Source of the DNA: Granulicella sp.
GTDB lineage: Bacteria > Acidobacteriota > Terriglobia > Terriglobales > Acidobacteriaceae
DNA: 64,000 nucleotides
Assembly: GCA_027339965.1 (NCBI GenBank)
Contig: DAHWNL010000078.1
Span: 1-64,000, forward strand
Direction of reading: 5' to 3'
Shown here: positions 29,132 to 40,429 of the stretch, in pieces
Position numbering within the stretch: position 1 is the first letter of the stretch
How the letters are laid out: every line of letters begins with the position of its first letter
Made by a program: the position numbers and the translations under genes
Notes under the pieces: generated by a model
The model's input: only the letters and a program-made list of their open reading frames with translations
Told to the model about the DNA's origin: nothing
The model's database searches: none

Positions 29132-29428
29132 GCCCCGCGGAGACCCTTTTCGCGGGTGTGAAAACCGAATCTGCAAGCCGGGTTTGCGACCGATTTCCCA
29201 CAGATGCGTCCTATTTTTTAGAGAGGGAAAAGTACCTGAGGCAGGTTCTCTTTCTCGCCTCGGGCGGATACACTGGTAGAAACTCGGTTGGCTGCCAACC
29301 GGGTCGCCAGTCCTCTCCGCTGCAATGGACCGCAGCGGTGGCAACGCAATCGTCATTTGCAGACCGCGCTCCTCGTTGTTTCAATGTTCGTCGTTGCATA
29401 GCGCGGAGCGACGGTTCGAAGGGGGAGT

Positions 29429-31906
29429 ATGTTCGAACGCTATACAGAGAAGGCGCGGCGCGTGATCTTCTTCGCGCGCTACGAGGCGAGCCAGTTTGGT
29501 TCGCCGTACATTGAAACCGAACATCTCCTGCTGGGCCTGCTACGGGAAGATAAAGCGCTGACCAACCGATTTCTGCGCTCGCACGCCTCGGTAGAATCCA
29601 TTCGCAAACAGATTGAACAACGCACCATTGTGCGCGAGAAGGTCTCCACCTCCGTGGATCTTCCCCTGTCCAACGAGTGCAAACGGGTCCTGGCCTATGC
29701 CGCCGAAGAGGCTGAGCGGCTAAGCCACAAGCACATTGGAACCGAACACCTGCTGCTCGGCCTGCTGCGGGAGGAGAAGTGCTTTGCCGCCGAGATTCTC
29801 TCCGAGCGGGGATTGCGGCTGGCAGCCATTCGTGAGGAACTGCAACGCACCACCCAGGAAAAGCCCGTTGCGCCTGCGGCCGGCAAGCAGCGCGGCCCGG
29901 CGCAACAAGAGCAGTCCATGCTAGCCGAGTTTTCACGCGATCTGACCCAAGCCGCGACGGACCAGCAGTTGGATCCCCTGGTGGGGCGTGACTTTGAGGT
30001 TGAGCGCGTCATCCAGATCCTGTGCCGCCGAACCAAAAACAATCCGGTGCTCATCGGCGAGCCGGGGGTGGGCAAGACAGCTATCGTGGAAGGTCTGGCG
30101 CAGAAGATCGCCGACGGAGAGGTGCCGAGTTTTCTGGCTGAAAAGCGGGTGCTGAGCCTTGACTTGAGCCTGATCGTCGCCGGGACGAAATATCGCGGGC
30201 AGTTTGAAGAGCGGCTAAAGACCATCATGAAGGAGCTGATCGAGAACCAGAACTGCATCGTCTTTATCGATGAGCTACATACCCTGGTCGGCGCCGGCTC
30301 GGCAGAGGGTTCGCTGGATGCTGCCAATATTCTCAAGCCCGCCCTGAGCCGCGGGGAGATTCAGTGTATCGGAGCCACCACGCCGGCCGAGTATCGCAAA
30401 TCGATCGAGAAGGACCGCTCGCTGGAGCGGCGCTTCCAGGCCGTCAAGGTCCCGCCCCCCAGCGAGGAGGACGCGACCCGGATTCTGATGGGCATCCGCG
30501 AGAAGTATGAGAAGTTCCACGCGGTCAGCTATACCGACGACGCGATCAGCTTTTCCGTCTCCCACTCCAGCCGCTATATTCCCGATCGCTTTCTCCCCGA
30601 CAAGGCCATCGATCTCATCGATGAGGCTGGAGCCCGGGTCAAGCTGCGTCAAACCACCCTGCCCGAGGAGCTGACGGAGGTGCAGAAACGAATCAAGTTC
30701 ATCGTGCACCGGATGGAAAATGCCATAGCCAATCACGAGTTCGAGAAAGCGCGTTTCTACTCCGATGAGGAGCGCAAGGAACGGGAGAACCTGCGGGCGC
30801 TGCGTGACAAGTATCACCTGGATGAGTCCAGCTCGGGAATTGTGACTCGCGAGGACATCGAAGATGTCGTCTCACGCTGGACGGGGGTGCCCATCACTTC
30901 CATTAAGGAAGAGGAGACCCAGAAGCTGCTGCGCGTGGAGGAGGAGCTGCACAAGCGGGTGATCGCTCAGGGCAAGGCTATCTCAGCGCTGGCACGGGCC
31001 ATTCGCCGCTCCCGGGCCGGATTGAAGAACCCGTCGCGGCCGATAGGAAGCTTCCTCTTCCTGGGCCCCACTGGAGTGGGCAAGACGGAGATGGCGCGGA
31101 CCCTGGCCCAGTTCCTCTTCGGAAGCGAAAAATCGCTGATCCGCTTCGACATGTCCGAGTTCATGGAGAAGCACTCGGTAAGCAAGCTGATCGGCTCGCC
31201 TCCAGGCTATGTGGGCTACGAGGAGGGTGGCCAGCTCACTGAACGGGTCAAACGCTCCCCTTACTCCGTAGTGCTGCTCGATGAGGTGGAAAAGGCCCAT
31301 CCGGACGTCTTCAATCTGCTTCTGCAGGTCTTTGAAGATGGCCAGTTGACGGATGGTTTAGGTAATACGGTCGACTTCAAGAACACCATCATCATCATGA
31401 CCTCCAACATTGGAGCCAAGCACCTGATGAAGCGTGAGGGACTGGGTTTTCAGTCCAGCAAGGATGAGATCGTCATCGAGAAGATGCGAGAGCTGGTAAT
31501 GAGCGAGGTGAAGAGAACCTTCAACCCCGAGTTTCTCAACCGTCTGGATGAGGTCATCGTCTTCACCGCGCTCTCCGACGCCGACCTGATGCAGATCATG
31601 GATCTGCTGGTGCAGAATGTGAACAAGAACCTGGTGCACAAGGCCATAACGCTGACCGTGCGCGACGACGCCCAACGCTGGATCCTTGACAAGACGCTGG
31701 GCGACAGGAGCTACGGCGCCCGACCGCTACGGCGCGCACTACAAAGGTTCGTTGAAGATCCCCTCTCCGAGGCGCTGATCGCCGGTCAGATTCCCGACCG
31801 GCCGGCGTTCCTGGAAGTCTATCTGGAGAACAACCAGCTTCACTACCGGCCGGTTGCAGCAGAGGGAGAAGAAAAGGCGGCTGGACTGGCGCTGACCGCG
31901 GTCTGA
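29429..31906 (+). CDS. clpC: ATP-dependent Clp protease ATP-binding subunit ClpC
   Basis: Clp N-domains ([11 protein letters not shown]), two AAA+ modules ([16 protein letters not shown]) and a UVR-like middle domain. Confidence 0.95.
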   Translation: MFERYTEKARRVIFFARYEASQFGSPYIETEHLLLGLLREDKALTNRFLRSHASVESIRKQIEQRTIVREKVSTSVDLPLSNECKRVLAYAAEEAERLSHKHIGTEHLLLGLLREEKCFAAEILSERGLRLAAIREELQRTTQEKPVAPAAGKQRGPAQQEQSMLAEFSRDLTQAATDQQLDPLVGRDFEVERVIQILCRRTKNNPVLIGEPGVGKTAIVEGLAQKIADGEVPSFLAEKRVLSLDLSLIVAGTKYRGQFEERLKTIMKELIENQNCIVFIDELHTLVGAGSAEGSLDAANILKPALSRGEIQCIGATTPAEYRKSIEKDRSLERRFQAVKVPPPSEEDATRILMGIREKYEKFHAVSYTDDAISFSVSHSSRYIPDRFLPDKAIDLIDEAGARVKLRQTTLPEELTEVQKRIKFIVHRMENAIANHEFEKARFYSDEERKERENLRALRDKYHLDESSSGIVTREDIEDVVSRWTGVPITSIKEEETQKLLRVEEELHKRVIAQGKAISALARAIRRSRAGLKNPSRPIGSFLFLGPTGVGKTEMARTLAQFLFGSEKSLIRFDMSEFMEKHSVSKLIGSPPGYVGYEEGGQLTERVKRSPYSVVLLDEVEKAHPDVFNLLLQVFEDGQLTDGLGNTVDFKNTIIIMTSNIGAKHLMKREGLGFQSSKDEIVIEKMRELVMSEVKRTFNPEFLNRLDEVIVFTALSDADLMQIMDLLVQNVNKNLVHKAITLTVRDDAQRWILDKTLGDRSYGARPLRRALQRFVEDPLSEALIAGQIPDRPAFLEVYLENNQLHYRPVAAEGEEKAAGLALTAV

Positions 31907-32038
31907 TCTCGGTACGGCGGCTTCCAGCTTGAGCCATCATGGCAACAACGACCGTGCGTTGCTTCCTCCCGCCGTCGGAGGTTGACATGCACGGTTTTTT
32001 GCGTCTGTTCCTGGAGCCAACCTCGGCGATCTCGGCCG

Positions 32039-32075
32039 GCAACCGGTCCGACAGCAACCGGTCCGACAGCAACCG
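32039..32075. repeat. 15-bp tandem repeat, about 2.5 copies
   Basis: GCAACCGGTCCGACA x2 plus GCAACCG, between the convergent clpC and YtxH genes. Confidence 0.85.
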
Positions 32076-32129
32076 CTCCATCGAGGCGTGCGATCGCCGC
32101 TGGCGGCAGAAGTTCTTCTCCGAATGGCC

Positions 32130-32438
32130 TCAAACCAGCTTGGTGACTGAGCGCGCCGCCTTGTTCGCAGACTTCACCGCATCGGTAGCCACATCGATAG
32201 CGTTCTCGAAGCGGTCCTTACTGGCGTCAATGAGCCTTTGCGCCTCCTTGCCCAGGTGCTCGGCCTGATCTTTCAGGTAGTCGCCGGCCTCTTCGAGATT
32301 GTCACCCAGCTCTTCCAGGCCCCGTCTCAGGCGCCTGCGAGTGGCGGCGCCCGACTGCGGCGCATAGAGTAGCGCTACCGCGCCTCCAATCGCTGCTCCG
32401 ATTCCCAAAGCAATCCAGAACTCCTTTGAAGAACGCAT
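32130..32438 (-). CDS. YtxH domain-containing protein
   Basis: GAAIGGAVALLYAPQSG..TR motif followed by an amphipathic helix. AGGAGGAG RBS. Confidence 0.88.
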   Translation of the reverse strand: MRSSKEFWIALGIGAAIGGAVALLYAPQSGAATRRRLRRGLEELGDNLEEAGDYLKDQAEHLGKEAQRLIDASKDRFENAIDVATDAVKSANKAARSVTKLV

Positions 32439-32587
32439 AACTCCTCCTGTTCAAGCAAATCTACGTGCCAGATGAAGCTCGGAGCTGCTCCGTGAAGGGC
32501 TCCTCCCTGGCAAGAACTCCCACCGCTTTCCAGGCTGCACGGCTCACTGCCCGGAAGACCTCACAACATGCTTCCTAGAACTAGGAT

Positions 32588-33505
32588 TCAGCCCGCAGGG
32601 CTGGAGTTGCAATCAGTCCGTCGGCCAGACCTCGCCCGATTGTCTTTCTGTTTTCGCCTGCGGGCTTTGGCCTGCGCGCCGTCTCCATCGAGAGTCTCGA
32701 GAGCACGAATGAAGATTCGGGCGAACATGGGACGGTCAAGACGGCCAGTGTTGGTATTGCGCCGCGAGGGGTGGTAGCTGCCGATAAGTTTGATGCCGTG
32801 GGGAAGCAAGTACTCCACTCCGTGGCTGAAGACGAACTCCGCACGGCTCCGGATGATTCCCTGAGCCATTAGATGGAGCAGATAACCTTCCCAGGCGATC
32901 CTGCCCAGGCAGACAACCACTTGGACCTTCGGCAGCGCGGCCAGCTCCGCCGCCAGGTGGGATGAGCAGTTGCGAATCTCCTGCGGTGCCGGCTTGTCGC
33001 CCGGAGGTGCGCAGCGAACCACAGAGCTGATCCACAGCTTGCGCAGCCTCATGCCGTCGGAGCGGTCGATGGCCTCCGGTTTGCTGACCAGCCCCAGATC
33101 AAAAAGCACCGGATACATGAAGGCGCCGGAGTCATCGCCGGTGAAGGGGCGGCCGGTACGGTTCGCACCGTGGGCCCCGGGAGCCAGACCCAGAACAAGA
33201 ATGCGGGCTTGGGGGTCCCCGAAACCGGGGACGGGCCTGGCCCAGTATTGCTGATCACGATACTTCCTGCGTCGGGTCTGGCCAATCCGGCGGCAGTATT
33301 CGATCAGACGGGGGCAAAGAGTACAGCCGACGATCTGCTTGGCTACCTGGTCCAGCACGGGGAGCGATCGTGACGGCGGACGCGTGTCGAGACGCAAAAT
33401 GCTTCCTTTCCGGTTCGTGGCTTGGCGTAGCTGTTCAAAGTGTGAATCTCCACCAGCCTTCGATACCTTGGAGCCAGTCAGGCTGTGGAGATCGCCGCCC
33501 TGCAA
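32588..33505 (-). CDS. Uracil-DNA glycosylase, family 5 (UdgB-like); true start probably downstream of 33505
   Basis: Fe-S cysteines CTLCPRL, GLAPGAHGANRTGRPFTGD, VRCAPP.DKP and YHPS..NT.TG motifs. Confidence 0.88.
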   Translation of the reverse strand: MQGGDLHSLTGSKVSKAGGDSHFEQLRQATNRKGSILRLDTRPPSRSLPVLDQVAKQIVGCTLCPRLIEYCRRIGQTRRRKYRDQQYWARPVPGFGDPQARILVLGLAPGAHGANRTGRPFTGDDSGAFMYPVLFDLGLVSKPEAIDRSDGMRLRKLWISSVVRCAPPGDKPAPQEIRNCSSHLAAELAALPKVQVVVCLGRIAWEGYLLHLMAQGIIRSRAEFVFSHGVEYLLPHGIKLIGSYHPSRRNTNTGRLDRPMFARIFIRALETLDGDGAQAKARRRKQKDNRARSGRRTDCNSSPAG

Positions 33506-33586
33506 GCTTGTGGATAACTCTCTCCCCGGCCGCTGTTCATCCTTGCGACAGGTGATAACTTGGGTACTAATGAGGAAGTATAAGCA

Positions 33587-34870
33587 TTGAATGCAGGACG
33601 AAAATCAGAAAGTGGCGGGCCTTTTGCCGGAGGCCGGCACTATTCCACCCGTGGCTGGGTGACTCCCACTCTGGTTGCAGTGGTTTGCATGGTGTTGGTG
33701 GCGGCGGCCTACGAGCGGGGCCGTGGGAATCTCCACAGAATCAGAAGCCGCGTGGATCCCCAGCCCGCTCCAGAGGTACTTCCAACCGGTCCCGGGGGAC
33801 AGGAGCCCGTCCACCTCAGCCGCAGCACATCCTCCATCGGCCGCGATGTGGAGCTGGTATCTGCCACTTTTTTGCCGGGGCGCGGCATGAACGTCTTTCA
33901 GATCATAGCCTTGGTCCCCGGCCATGGAGAGGTCCCTCTGCTGCTTTCACCCCCTATCGCTTCGGCAACGGAGATCCTCAGCGGTCAGGACAGCGATGCC
34001 AACGGCTCGGCCAGCTCCTCGCTGGGAGGCGCAATTATGCTCCCCTGGGCTAGGAGGCTCGCGGGCAGCTCAACGGCTGCCGCAGGAATGCTGTCGACCG
34101 ACTGGAATGGCAGACGGTTAAGCTTTCCAGCCGAAGATGCTGGCAGCAACTTGTCGGTGGAGGGTTTGTTGCTGAACCGTGGTGCGGACAGTATCCAGAG
34201 CGATGTTTTGCCGGATGGGCAGTCGGTAGCAGCCACGTTTCATGCCGGAGATTTTTCAGGTAATTGGCCGTCAAATGTTGATGTGATCGTTGAAGCTCAG
34301 TTGACCGAGCACGACCTTGACTTGACGGTGACGGCGAAGAATACGGGTCAGCAGCCCACCCCCTTCGGTGTTGGCTGGAAGCCTTACTTTGCCATACCCA
34401 GCGGCAATCGGGCACAGACCTTGCTCAGAGTTCCGTCGCAGACGGTGATGGAGATGGATCGCCAGAAGAGATTGCCGACCGGAAGGATGATGGACGTGGG
34501 TGGTAAGGCGGAGGATCTCTCCCGTGCCGGCGGCGTCAGCCTGGGCACCACAGCGATCGATACAACCTACACTAATCTGATCTCCGGCAGCGATGGCAAG
34601 CCGGCTGCCGAGATCAGTTATCCCGCCTATAACCTCAGGATCAGCGTCATCCCTCTCACTCCCGACATCACCAGCATGCATGTGGTGGCGCCGGAGGATA
34701 AGCCCTGGATCTCGATCGAACCGAACACCAATCTGGATGATCCGTTTGGGCCGGAATGGAACAGTCCCGAGAACGCTGGAATCATTACCCTGGCGCCCGG
34801 AGCTACTTTGACTTGGAAGGTCCGGTTGGAGATCTCTGCGCTGAGCGCATCAGGCTCAGATTTGGATTAG
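33587..34870 (+). CDS. Membrane-anchored aldose 1-epimerase (galactose mutarotase)-fold protein, catalytic histidines apparently absent
   Basis: LPGRGMN, GGAIMLPWA, N.G..P.P.G.GW(K)PYF, LPTG and IEP motifs; N-terminal TM helix. Confidence 0.75.
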   Translation: MNAGRKSESGGPFAGGRHYSTRGWVTPTLVAVVCMVLVAAAYERGRGNLHRIRSRVDPQPAPEVLPTGPGGQEPVHLSRSTSSIGRDVELVSATFLPGRGMNVFQIIALVPGHGEVPLLLSPPIASATEILSGQDSDANGSASSSLGGAIMLPWARRLAGSSTAAAGMLSTDWNGRRLSFPAEDAGSNLSVEGLLLNRGADSIQSDVLPDGQSVAATFHAGDFSGNWPSNVDVIVEAQLTEHDLDLTVTAKNTGQQPTPFGVGWKPYFAIPSGNRAQTLLRVPSQTVMEMDRQKRLPTGRMMDVGGKAEDLSRAGGVSLGTTAIDTTYTNLISGSDGKPAAEISYPAYNLRISVIPLTPDITSMHVVAPEDKPWISIEPNTNLDDPFGPEWNSPENAGIITLAPGATLTWKVRLEISALSASGSDLD

Positions 34871-35022
34871 CTTCCTGAAGAGTTTGACCCCCACGCTTCG
34901 CCCCCGTATCCTTAGGGCTGGCGGACGATGTAGAGGGGTTGAAAACAGCTCCTGCGCTCTACCCCAGCATGGCTCCCGCTCAAAAATCAGGCATCCGCCA
35001 AAACCTTTCGGAAGGCATTGTT

Positions 35023-36471
35023 TTGACCCCCTCAGAGACGGCAACACCCACTGGCAGTTCCTTGGACATTCAGGATGAGACCCTCACGCCGAGCGCAACC
35101 CAAAGCTCGCTAGAGGGTCCCGGACAAGTTAACGAAGGTCACGAGGGCCACGATCACGCCCCCGCACCCACACTCCATCCGGAGCTGACCCGGACCATTG
35201 AGGTAGAGGCTTCGGTAGAGGAGGTTGACAAAGCCTTCCAGCAGGTGACCAAGCGCTTTGCACGGCTGGCCCGCATCCCCGGCTTCCGGGTGGGCAAGGT
35301 TCCACCCTCGATGATCAAGTCGCGCTTTGCCAAGGAGCTACGCCAGGAAGTTCTCGAGACACTGGTCGGCGAGCGCTTTCGCGCCGCGCTCTCCGAGCGG
35401 AAGATGCAGCCGATTTCGCAGCCGCAGATCAGCGAGATGTTGCTTGCCGAGGGATCGCCACTGAAGTTCACGGCTACCTTTGAGGTGCTGCCGGAGATCC
35501 ATTTGGACGGTTATGACTCCATCGCTGTCGAGCGGCCCAACGTGACGCTCGAAGAGGCCGAGTTTGAGGTGGAGCTGGAACAGATTCTCGATCAGCATGC
35601 AACCGTGGAGCCGGTAGAAGAGGATCGCGCCTTAGTGGATGGCGACTGGGCCGAGATCAGCTTTCAAGGCAAAGTGCAGGATCTGGCGCAGGTCGTCGGT
35701 GAAGAAGGCGCCGAGGGCAAAGAGCCGGCCCAGCCGATGAGCGGCGAGGGTGTCCTGATCGAGATTGGAGGCAAGAACACCGTCCGGGCATTCGACCAGG
35801 CGCTCCGCGGGGCCAAAGTAGGCCAGGAGGTCTCCTTCGAGCTCACCTATCCAGCGGACTTCGCCGATACCCGGCTGGCGAATCGGACTGTAAGCTATGA
35901 CGTGACGATCAAGGCGATCAAGAAGAAGATCTTCCCGGAACGCGATGAAGAGCTTGCCAAGCAGATGGGGCCTTATGCGAACTGGAGCGAGTTTGAGGCC
36001 AGGCTGCGCGAGCGTCTGCTGGAGCGAAAGAAGCAGTCCCTGGAGACCGAGGCTCGCGACCAGATGCTGGAAGCTTTGGTGGCGAGGTTCGATTTTCCGG
36101 TTCCGGAGACCTTTGTCCAGCAGCAGATCGATGTCCGGCTGGAGCGCGGCTTGCGCGCACTGGCCGCGCAGGGCATGGAAGCTGAGGCCATGCGCCAACT
36201 TGACTTTGAGCGGCTGCGCGCGGCTCAGCGCGACCAGGCCATCCATGAGGTGAGGATTTCGCTGATTCTGGACAACATCGCCCAGCGCGAGAACATAGAA
36301 GTCAGTGAAGAAGAGATGGAGCGGGAGTTGCTCATGCTCTCGCTTCGCTTGCGCGAACCCATGGAAGCCATGCGGAAGAGGCTGGCGGAGGACGGCTCCA
36401 TGGGGCGAATTCGCGAACAGCTGCTGCGCGAGAAGACGGGTACGGCGCTCTTTGAGAAACTGGCGCGATAA
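35023..36471 (+). CDS. tig: Trigger factor
   Basis: IPGFRVGKVP ribosome-binding signature and FKBP domain; lies upstream of clpP. TTG start after GGAAGG. Confidence 0.93.
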   Translation: MTPSETATPTGSSLDIQDETLTPSATQSSLEGPGQVNEGHEGHDHAPAPTLHPELTRTIEVEASVEEVDKAFQQVTKRFARLARIPGFRVGKVPPSMIKSRFAKELRQEVLETLVGERFRAALSERKMQPISQPQISEMLLAEGSPLKFTATFEVLPEIHLDGYDSIAVERPNVTLEEAEFEVELEQILDQHATVEPVEEDRALVDGDWAEISFQGKVQDLAQVVGEEGAEGKEPAQPMSGEGVLIEIGGKNTVRAFDQALRGAKVGQEVSFELTYPADFADTRLANRTVSYDVTIKAIKKKIFPERDEELAKQMGPYANWSEFEARLRERLLERKKQSLETEARDQMLEALVARFDFPVPETFVQQQIDVRLERGLRALAAQGMEAEAMRQLDFERLRAAQRDQAIHEVRISLILDNIAQRENIEVSEEEMERELLMLSLRLREPMEAMRKRLAEDGSMGRIREQLLREKTGTALFEKLAR

Positions 36472-36564
36472 GATCGACTCACCCAGGCCAGCCGGGGAGC
36501 GCAAGTCACGGGCGGCACAGGCCTTCAACCAGAGCACAGGTGTAGAAGCAAAGGAAAAACAGCT

Positions 36565-37158
36565 ATGGGACTCATACCGATGGTGCTGGAGCAGACGAGC
36601 CGGGGCGAGCGCTCCTACGACATCTACAGCCGTCTGCTGCGCGACAATATTATCTTTCTGGGCACGCCGATCGACGATAACATCGCCAATCTGATCATCG
36701 CCCAGCTACTGTTTCTCTCCGGAGAGGACCCGGAGAAGGATATACAGCTCTACATCAACTCGCCGGGCGGATCCATCTCAGCCGGGCTCGCAATCTATGA
36801 CACGATGCAGTACATCAAGAATGATGTGGTGACCTTTTGCATCGGTCAGGCTGCGTCCATGGGAGCCTTCCTGTTGATGGCGGGCAAGAAGGGCAAACGG
36901 TTTACCCTGCCCAACTCGCGGATCCTCATTCACCAGCCCTCTATGGGGGGCCTGGGGGGGCAGGCCACCGATATCGACATTCATGCGCGCGAGATACTGC
37001 GCATTCGGGAGCTGACCAACAAGCTGATGAGCCAGAATACCGGCCAGCCGCTGGAACGTATTGAGCGAGACGTGGAGCGCGACTTCATCATGACCGCCCA
37101 GCAGGCCAAGGAGTACGGAATCATCGACGACATCATCGACCGCCCCCGGAGCTCCTGA
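36565..37158 (+). CDS. clpP: ATP-dependent Clp protease proteolytic subunit
   Basis: [22 protein letters not shown] (catalytic Ser) and IHQP motifs. Confidence 0.98.
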   Translation: MGLIPMVLEQTSRGERSYDIYSRLLRDNIIFLGTPIDDNIANLIIAQLLFLSGEDPEKDIQLYINSPGGSISAGLAIYDTMQYIKNDVVTFCIGQAASMGAFLLMAGKKGKRFTLPNSRILIHQPSMGGLGGQATDIDIHAREILRIRELTNKLMSQNTGQPLERIERDVERDFIMTAQQAKEYGIIDDIIDRPRSS

Positions 37159-37658
37159 AGACACTGAAAAGAAGAAGCTTTCTACTCAAAGAAGCCCCTT
37201 TTGCCGCCAACATTCCTCCCGCCTCCCACGGTTTTAGCTGTTTGCCTGGCACGCGGCATATGGCAACGGAAGATTCCGCTCGGAATCAGGCCTGGGGATC
37301 TCCGCCGTGATGTCTTTCCGGCCAGGATGGCTGCTGGGCAGCCTGTATCCGTCCGGCCAACCGGAGAGATTCCCCAGCAGGAGCCCGCTTCCGAACGCTG
37401 CCTTTGCAGCAGCATGCTTTAAGATCGCTTTCTGGCGCAGCCACTTGAAGCGGATTGGGCGAGGAGAGCTTCACCCTTGCGGAGCGGATCTTCCCTTGCG
37501 GGTGGATCTTCTTCAGAGACGCGACCCATTCTGGTACATAGGAATCCAGATGGATATCTGGAGGGAGTGGCGGCTGGCTGAGAGATTCCGCTCCGGTGTA
37601 GACTGGTGGTTGATTTGGCGCACCTCGGCGGCGTGGGCGCGAAGGAGCTGATCCCCCT

Positions 37659-38951
37659 ATGAAAACGTCTCGTGGCGCGGAAGAGTCGCTACGCTGTTCC
37701 TTTTGCCATAAATCCCAGGACGCAGTCGCGAAACTGATCTCTTCCCCATCCGACTATCCGCGCGCTTACATCTGTGACGAGTGTGTCGCGGTATGCAACT
37801 CGATCCTGGAAGACGACAAGGGGGAGGCGCAGTCGGGAGCAACTCCAACGCATCTGCCCAAACCGGCTGAGGTAAAGGCCTTTTTGGACGAGTATGTGAT
37901 CGGCCAGGAGCAGACCAAGAAGAAGCTTGCGGTTGCCGTCTACAACCACTACAAGCGCATCCAGATGAACAAGACCCGCGGCAACGATGTGGAGATGCAG
38001 AAGTCCAACATCCTGCTGGTGGGGCCCACCGGCTCCGGCAAGACTCTATTGGCGCAGACCCTGGCCAAGATGCTGGATGTGCCCTTCGCCATCGTCGATG
38101 CCACCACGCTCACGGAGGCCGGCTACGTTGGCGAGGACGTTGAGAACATCATTCTGAAGCTGCTGCAGGCGGCCGACGGAGATGTGGCGCGCGCGCAACA
38201 GGGCATCATCTATATCGATGAGATCGACAAAATCGGACGCAAGGACGAGAATCCTTCGATCACCCGCGACGTCTCTGGCGAGGGCGTACAGCAGGCTCTG
38301 CTGAAGCTACTGGAGGGGACCGTGGCCAATGTTCCTCCCCAGGGCGGCCGCAAGCATCCGCACCAGGAGTTCACCATCGTCGATACCACGAATATCCTGT
38401 TCATCTGTGGGGGCGCATTTGTGGGCCTGGAAAAGGTGATCGGACGGCGCGTGGGCAAAAAGGCACTGGGCTTCAAGGCGATCGGAGATGTCGTGGAGAT
38501 GGAAGAGACTGAGCTCGTCACCCCGATCCGCGCCCAACGGGACTCTGATCTGCTGCGCCAGGCCGAGCCGCAGGATCTGCTGAAGTATGGTCTGATTCCG
38601 GAGTTTGTGGGGCGCCTGCCGGTACTGGGCATCCTGGATGAACTGGATGAAGCGGCTTTGATCGACATCCTGACTCGTCCCCGCAATGCGATCCTGAAGC
38701 AGTACGCCAGGCTCTTTGACTACGAGGGAGTCAAGATCACCTGGACCGACGAAGCCACCCGCGAGATTGCTCGCGAAGCCCTGTATCGCAAGGTAGGGGC
38801 GCGCGGCCTGCGCATGATCCTGGAAGAGCTGATGCTGGACCTGATGTACCACGTCCCCGGCAACAAGAAGGTGAAGGAAGTTGTGATCACCGATGAGATG
38901 GTCCGCTCGCGCGAGATCATGATCTCCGTCGCTCTGGAGAAAGCCGGCTAA
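37659..38951 (+). CDS. clpX: ATP-dependent Clp protease ATP-binding subunit ClpX
   Basis: C4 zinc finger CSFC...[12 protein letters not shown] and [14 protein letters not shown] motifs. Confidence 0.98.
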   Translation: MKTSRGAEESLRCSFCHKSQDAVAKLISSPSDYPRAYICDECVAVCNSILEDDKGEAQSGATPTHLPKPAEVKAFLDEYVIGQEQTKKKLAVAVYNHYKRIQMNKTRGNDVEMQKSNILLVGPTGSGKTLLAQTLAKMLDVPFAIVDATTLTEAGYVGEDVENIILKLLQAADGDVARAQQGIIYIDEIDKIGRKDENPSITRDVSGEGVQQALLKLLEGTVANVPPQGGRKHPHQEFTIVDTTNILFICGGAFVGLEKVIGRRVGKKALGFKAIGDVVEMEETELVTPIRAQRDSDLLRQAEPQDLLKYGLIPEFVGRLPVLGILDELDEAALIDILTRPRNAILKQYARLFDYEGVKITWTDEATREIAREALYRKVGARGLRMILEELMLDLMYHVPGNKKVKEVVITDEMVRSREIMISVALEKAG

Positions 38952-39036
38952 ACATTTTCAATGGTTGGATGGATATGCCGGAGATGGAATGCCCGGGACA
39001 ATACCACCATTGGACGAGCAAACAGGAGACGCGTTC

Positions 39037-39151
39037 TGTAGCATTTTCAGTGTTGACGGGTGTCCCGAAGAGGGCTTACAGTGGCGTTTTCATTGGGGAA
39101 AACGCCCATAGAAGTCGAGGCATTGGGTACACCTACACTGAAACTGCTTTA
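39037..39151. mobile_element. MITE-like element, copy 1 (~115 bp)
   Basis: Ends (t)GTAGCATTTTCAGTGT ... ACACTGAAACTGCTTTA form imperfect inverted repeats. The central GGCGTTTTC-ATTGGG-GAAAACGCC hairpin is nearly identical to that in 60834-60949. Confidence 0.75.
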
Positions 39152-39397
39152 AGCCTGTCGCCAGTTCCCCGATGCAATGGGATCGCGGTGGTTATTATTT
39201 TGCGCTTGGATCTCTTCCACGTATAACTTCGTCGACCAGGCGGTAGGCACAGCCGGGGTGGGGGGCGAGACTGAGGTCGAGGGTGCAAGCGGCAATCGGA
39301 ACCGCTTGATGGTGGGCATCGCGCAACCTTTGGCCGGGGTGAAAGCGGGAGGAAACAGGCGCCTTAGCTATGGGCAGAACATACGAAATGAGGAATC

Positions 39398-40248
39398 GTG
39401 CGATCCGAGATCTCTATACCCCGGTTCAGGGAGCTGACGGTTCAGGGAGCTGACGGTTCAGGTTTCCGCCGCTTAAGCAATGCGCGGATGCCTTTGCGTC
39501 CACTCTCCGTCATGATCGGGGCCGCCGGCTCGGGTAAAACATCCGCCCTCAACGCACCTTCCCTGCGTGCAAAGTCCGCCCAGGGCAAGATGGCAGATGC
39601 AATCGCGGACTTGTCGGGCCTTACCAATGTTCTGAGTTCTGAGGTGCGATCGCGCGAACGAGCTGAGCCTCGGCATTTCGACGACTGTACCAGGTCACGA
39701 GCCTCTGGACTACAAAATTGGCCTTGGACCGCAGGGCATCGCCTACTTCATCACCGAGGATACGCTAAGCGAGCAACGGCAACCTCACCCGCGCCCATTT
39801 CTTCATATTGATTCCCACGGTTCTGACATCCGGAACTTCGAGACCGAGAAGAGCAAATTGGTTCGTCCGAATTGGAACCACCAGCTCCTTGAAACGTCTC
39901 TGGCGCAAATTCCCAAAATATTTCGCGTATCCCAAGTTCCACCCCCATGTTGCCCCATATGACTTCGAGGCCTGGTTCCTGCCATACTGGGGTGAGATTC
40001 AAAAGATCGCAGGTCATCGCCGGACGGCACCGCCGGGTCTTCCAGAGACGGTGAACTACCGCAAACCTCCCTCTTATCAGCTCAAGGAGATCTTTGAGAT
40101 CGGGTGCTGCCGGGACAGCTATACTAAGCTGAGAGATGCCAATCGAATCCTCAAAGGCAAGGATTTGTGCATAGCCGCCGCACAGTGCCCCGAACTGAAG
40201 GCATTCCTAAACACGATCCTCACGCTGAGCGACGGTCAGGGTCTTTGA
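39398..40248 (+). pseudogene. Decayed ABC/AAA-type ATPase joined by deletion to the C-terminus of a DUF4276-like gene
   Basis: RFRELTVQG..FRRL...LRPLSVMIGAAGSGKTS (Walker A), a frameshifted continuation ELSLGI...LETSLAQIPK, then FHPHVAPYDFEAWFLPYW...CPELKAFLNTIL. No Walker B region. Confidence 0.7.
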
Positions 40249-40429
40249 TCGCCCCTCGGATAGGGGCCTTCGGGAATCGAACGATTCCCATTACCATCCC
40301 TGCTTGCTGATTGGGCGGCCTCCAGGAGAGTCCGATTCCCGGGCCTCTGTGACCAGCCAACAAGCGTACAATTCCGATCAAGCCTGGCGAGCATCGTTTT
40401 CGCCGAAAGCCCGTCTAAACTGGAGGCCT

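Noticed and set aside
33509..33517. Perfect DnaA box (TTATCCACA on the minus strand) between the UDG and epimerase genes
   Set aside because: Single box with no cluster, no AT-rich unwinding element and no dnaA/dnaN nearby, so not an origin. A regulatory role cannot be supported.
37246..37275. TGGCAC sigma-54-like element upstream of clpX
   Set aside because: No GC at the -12 position.
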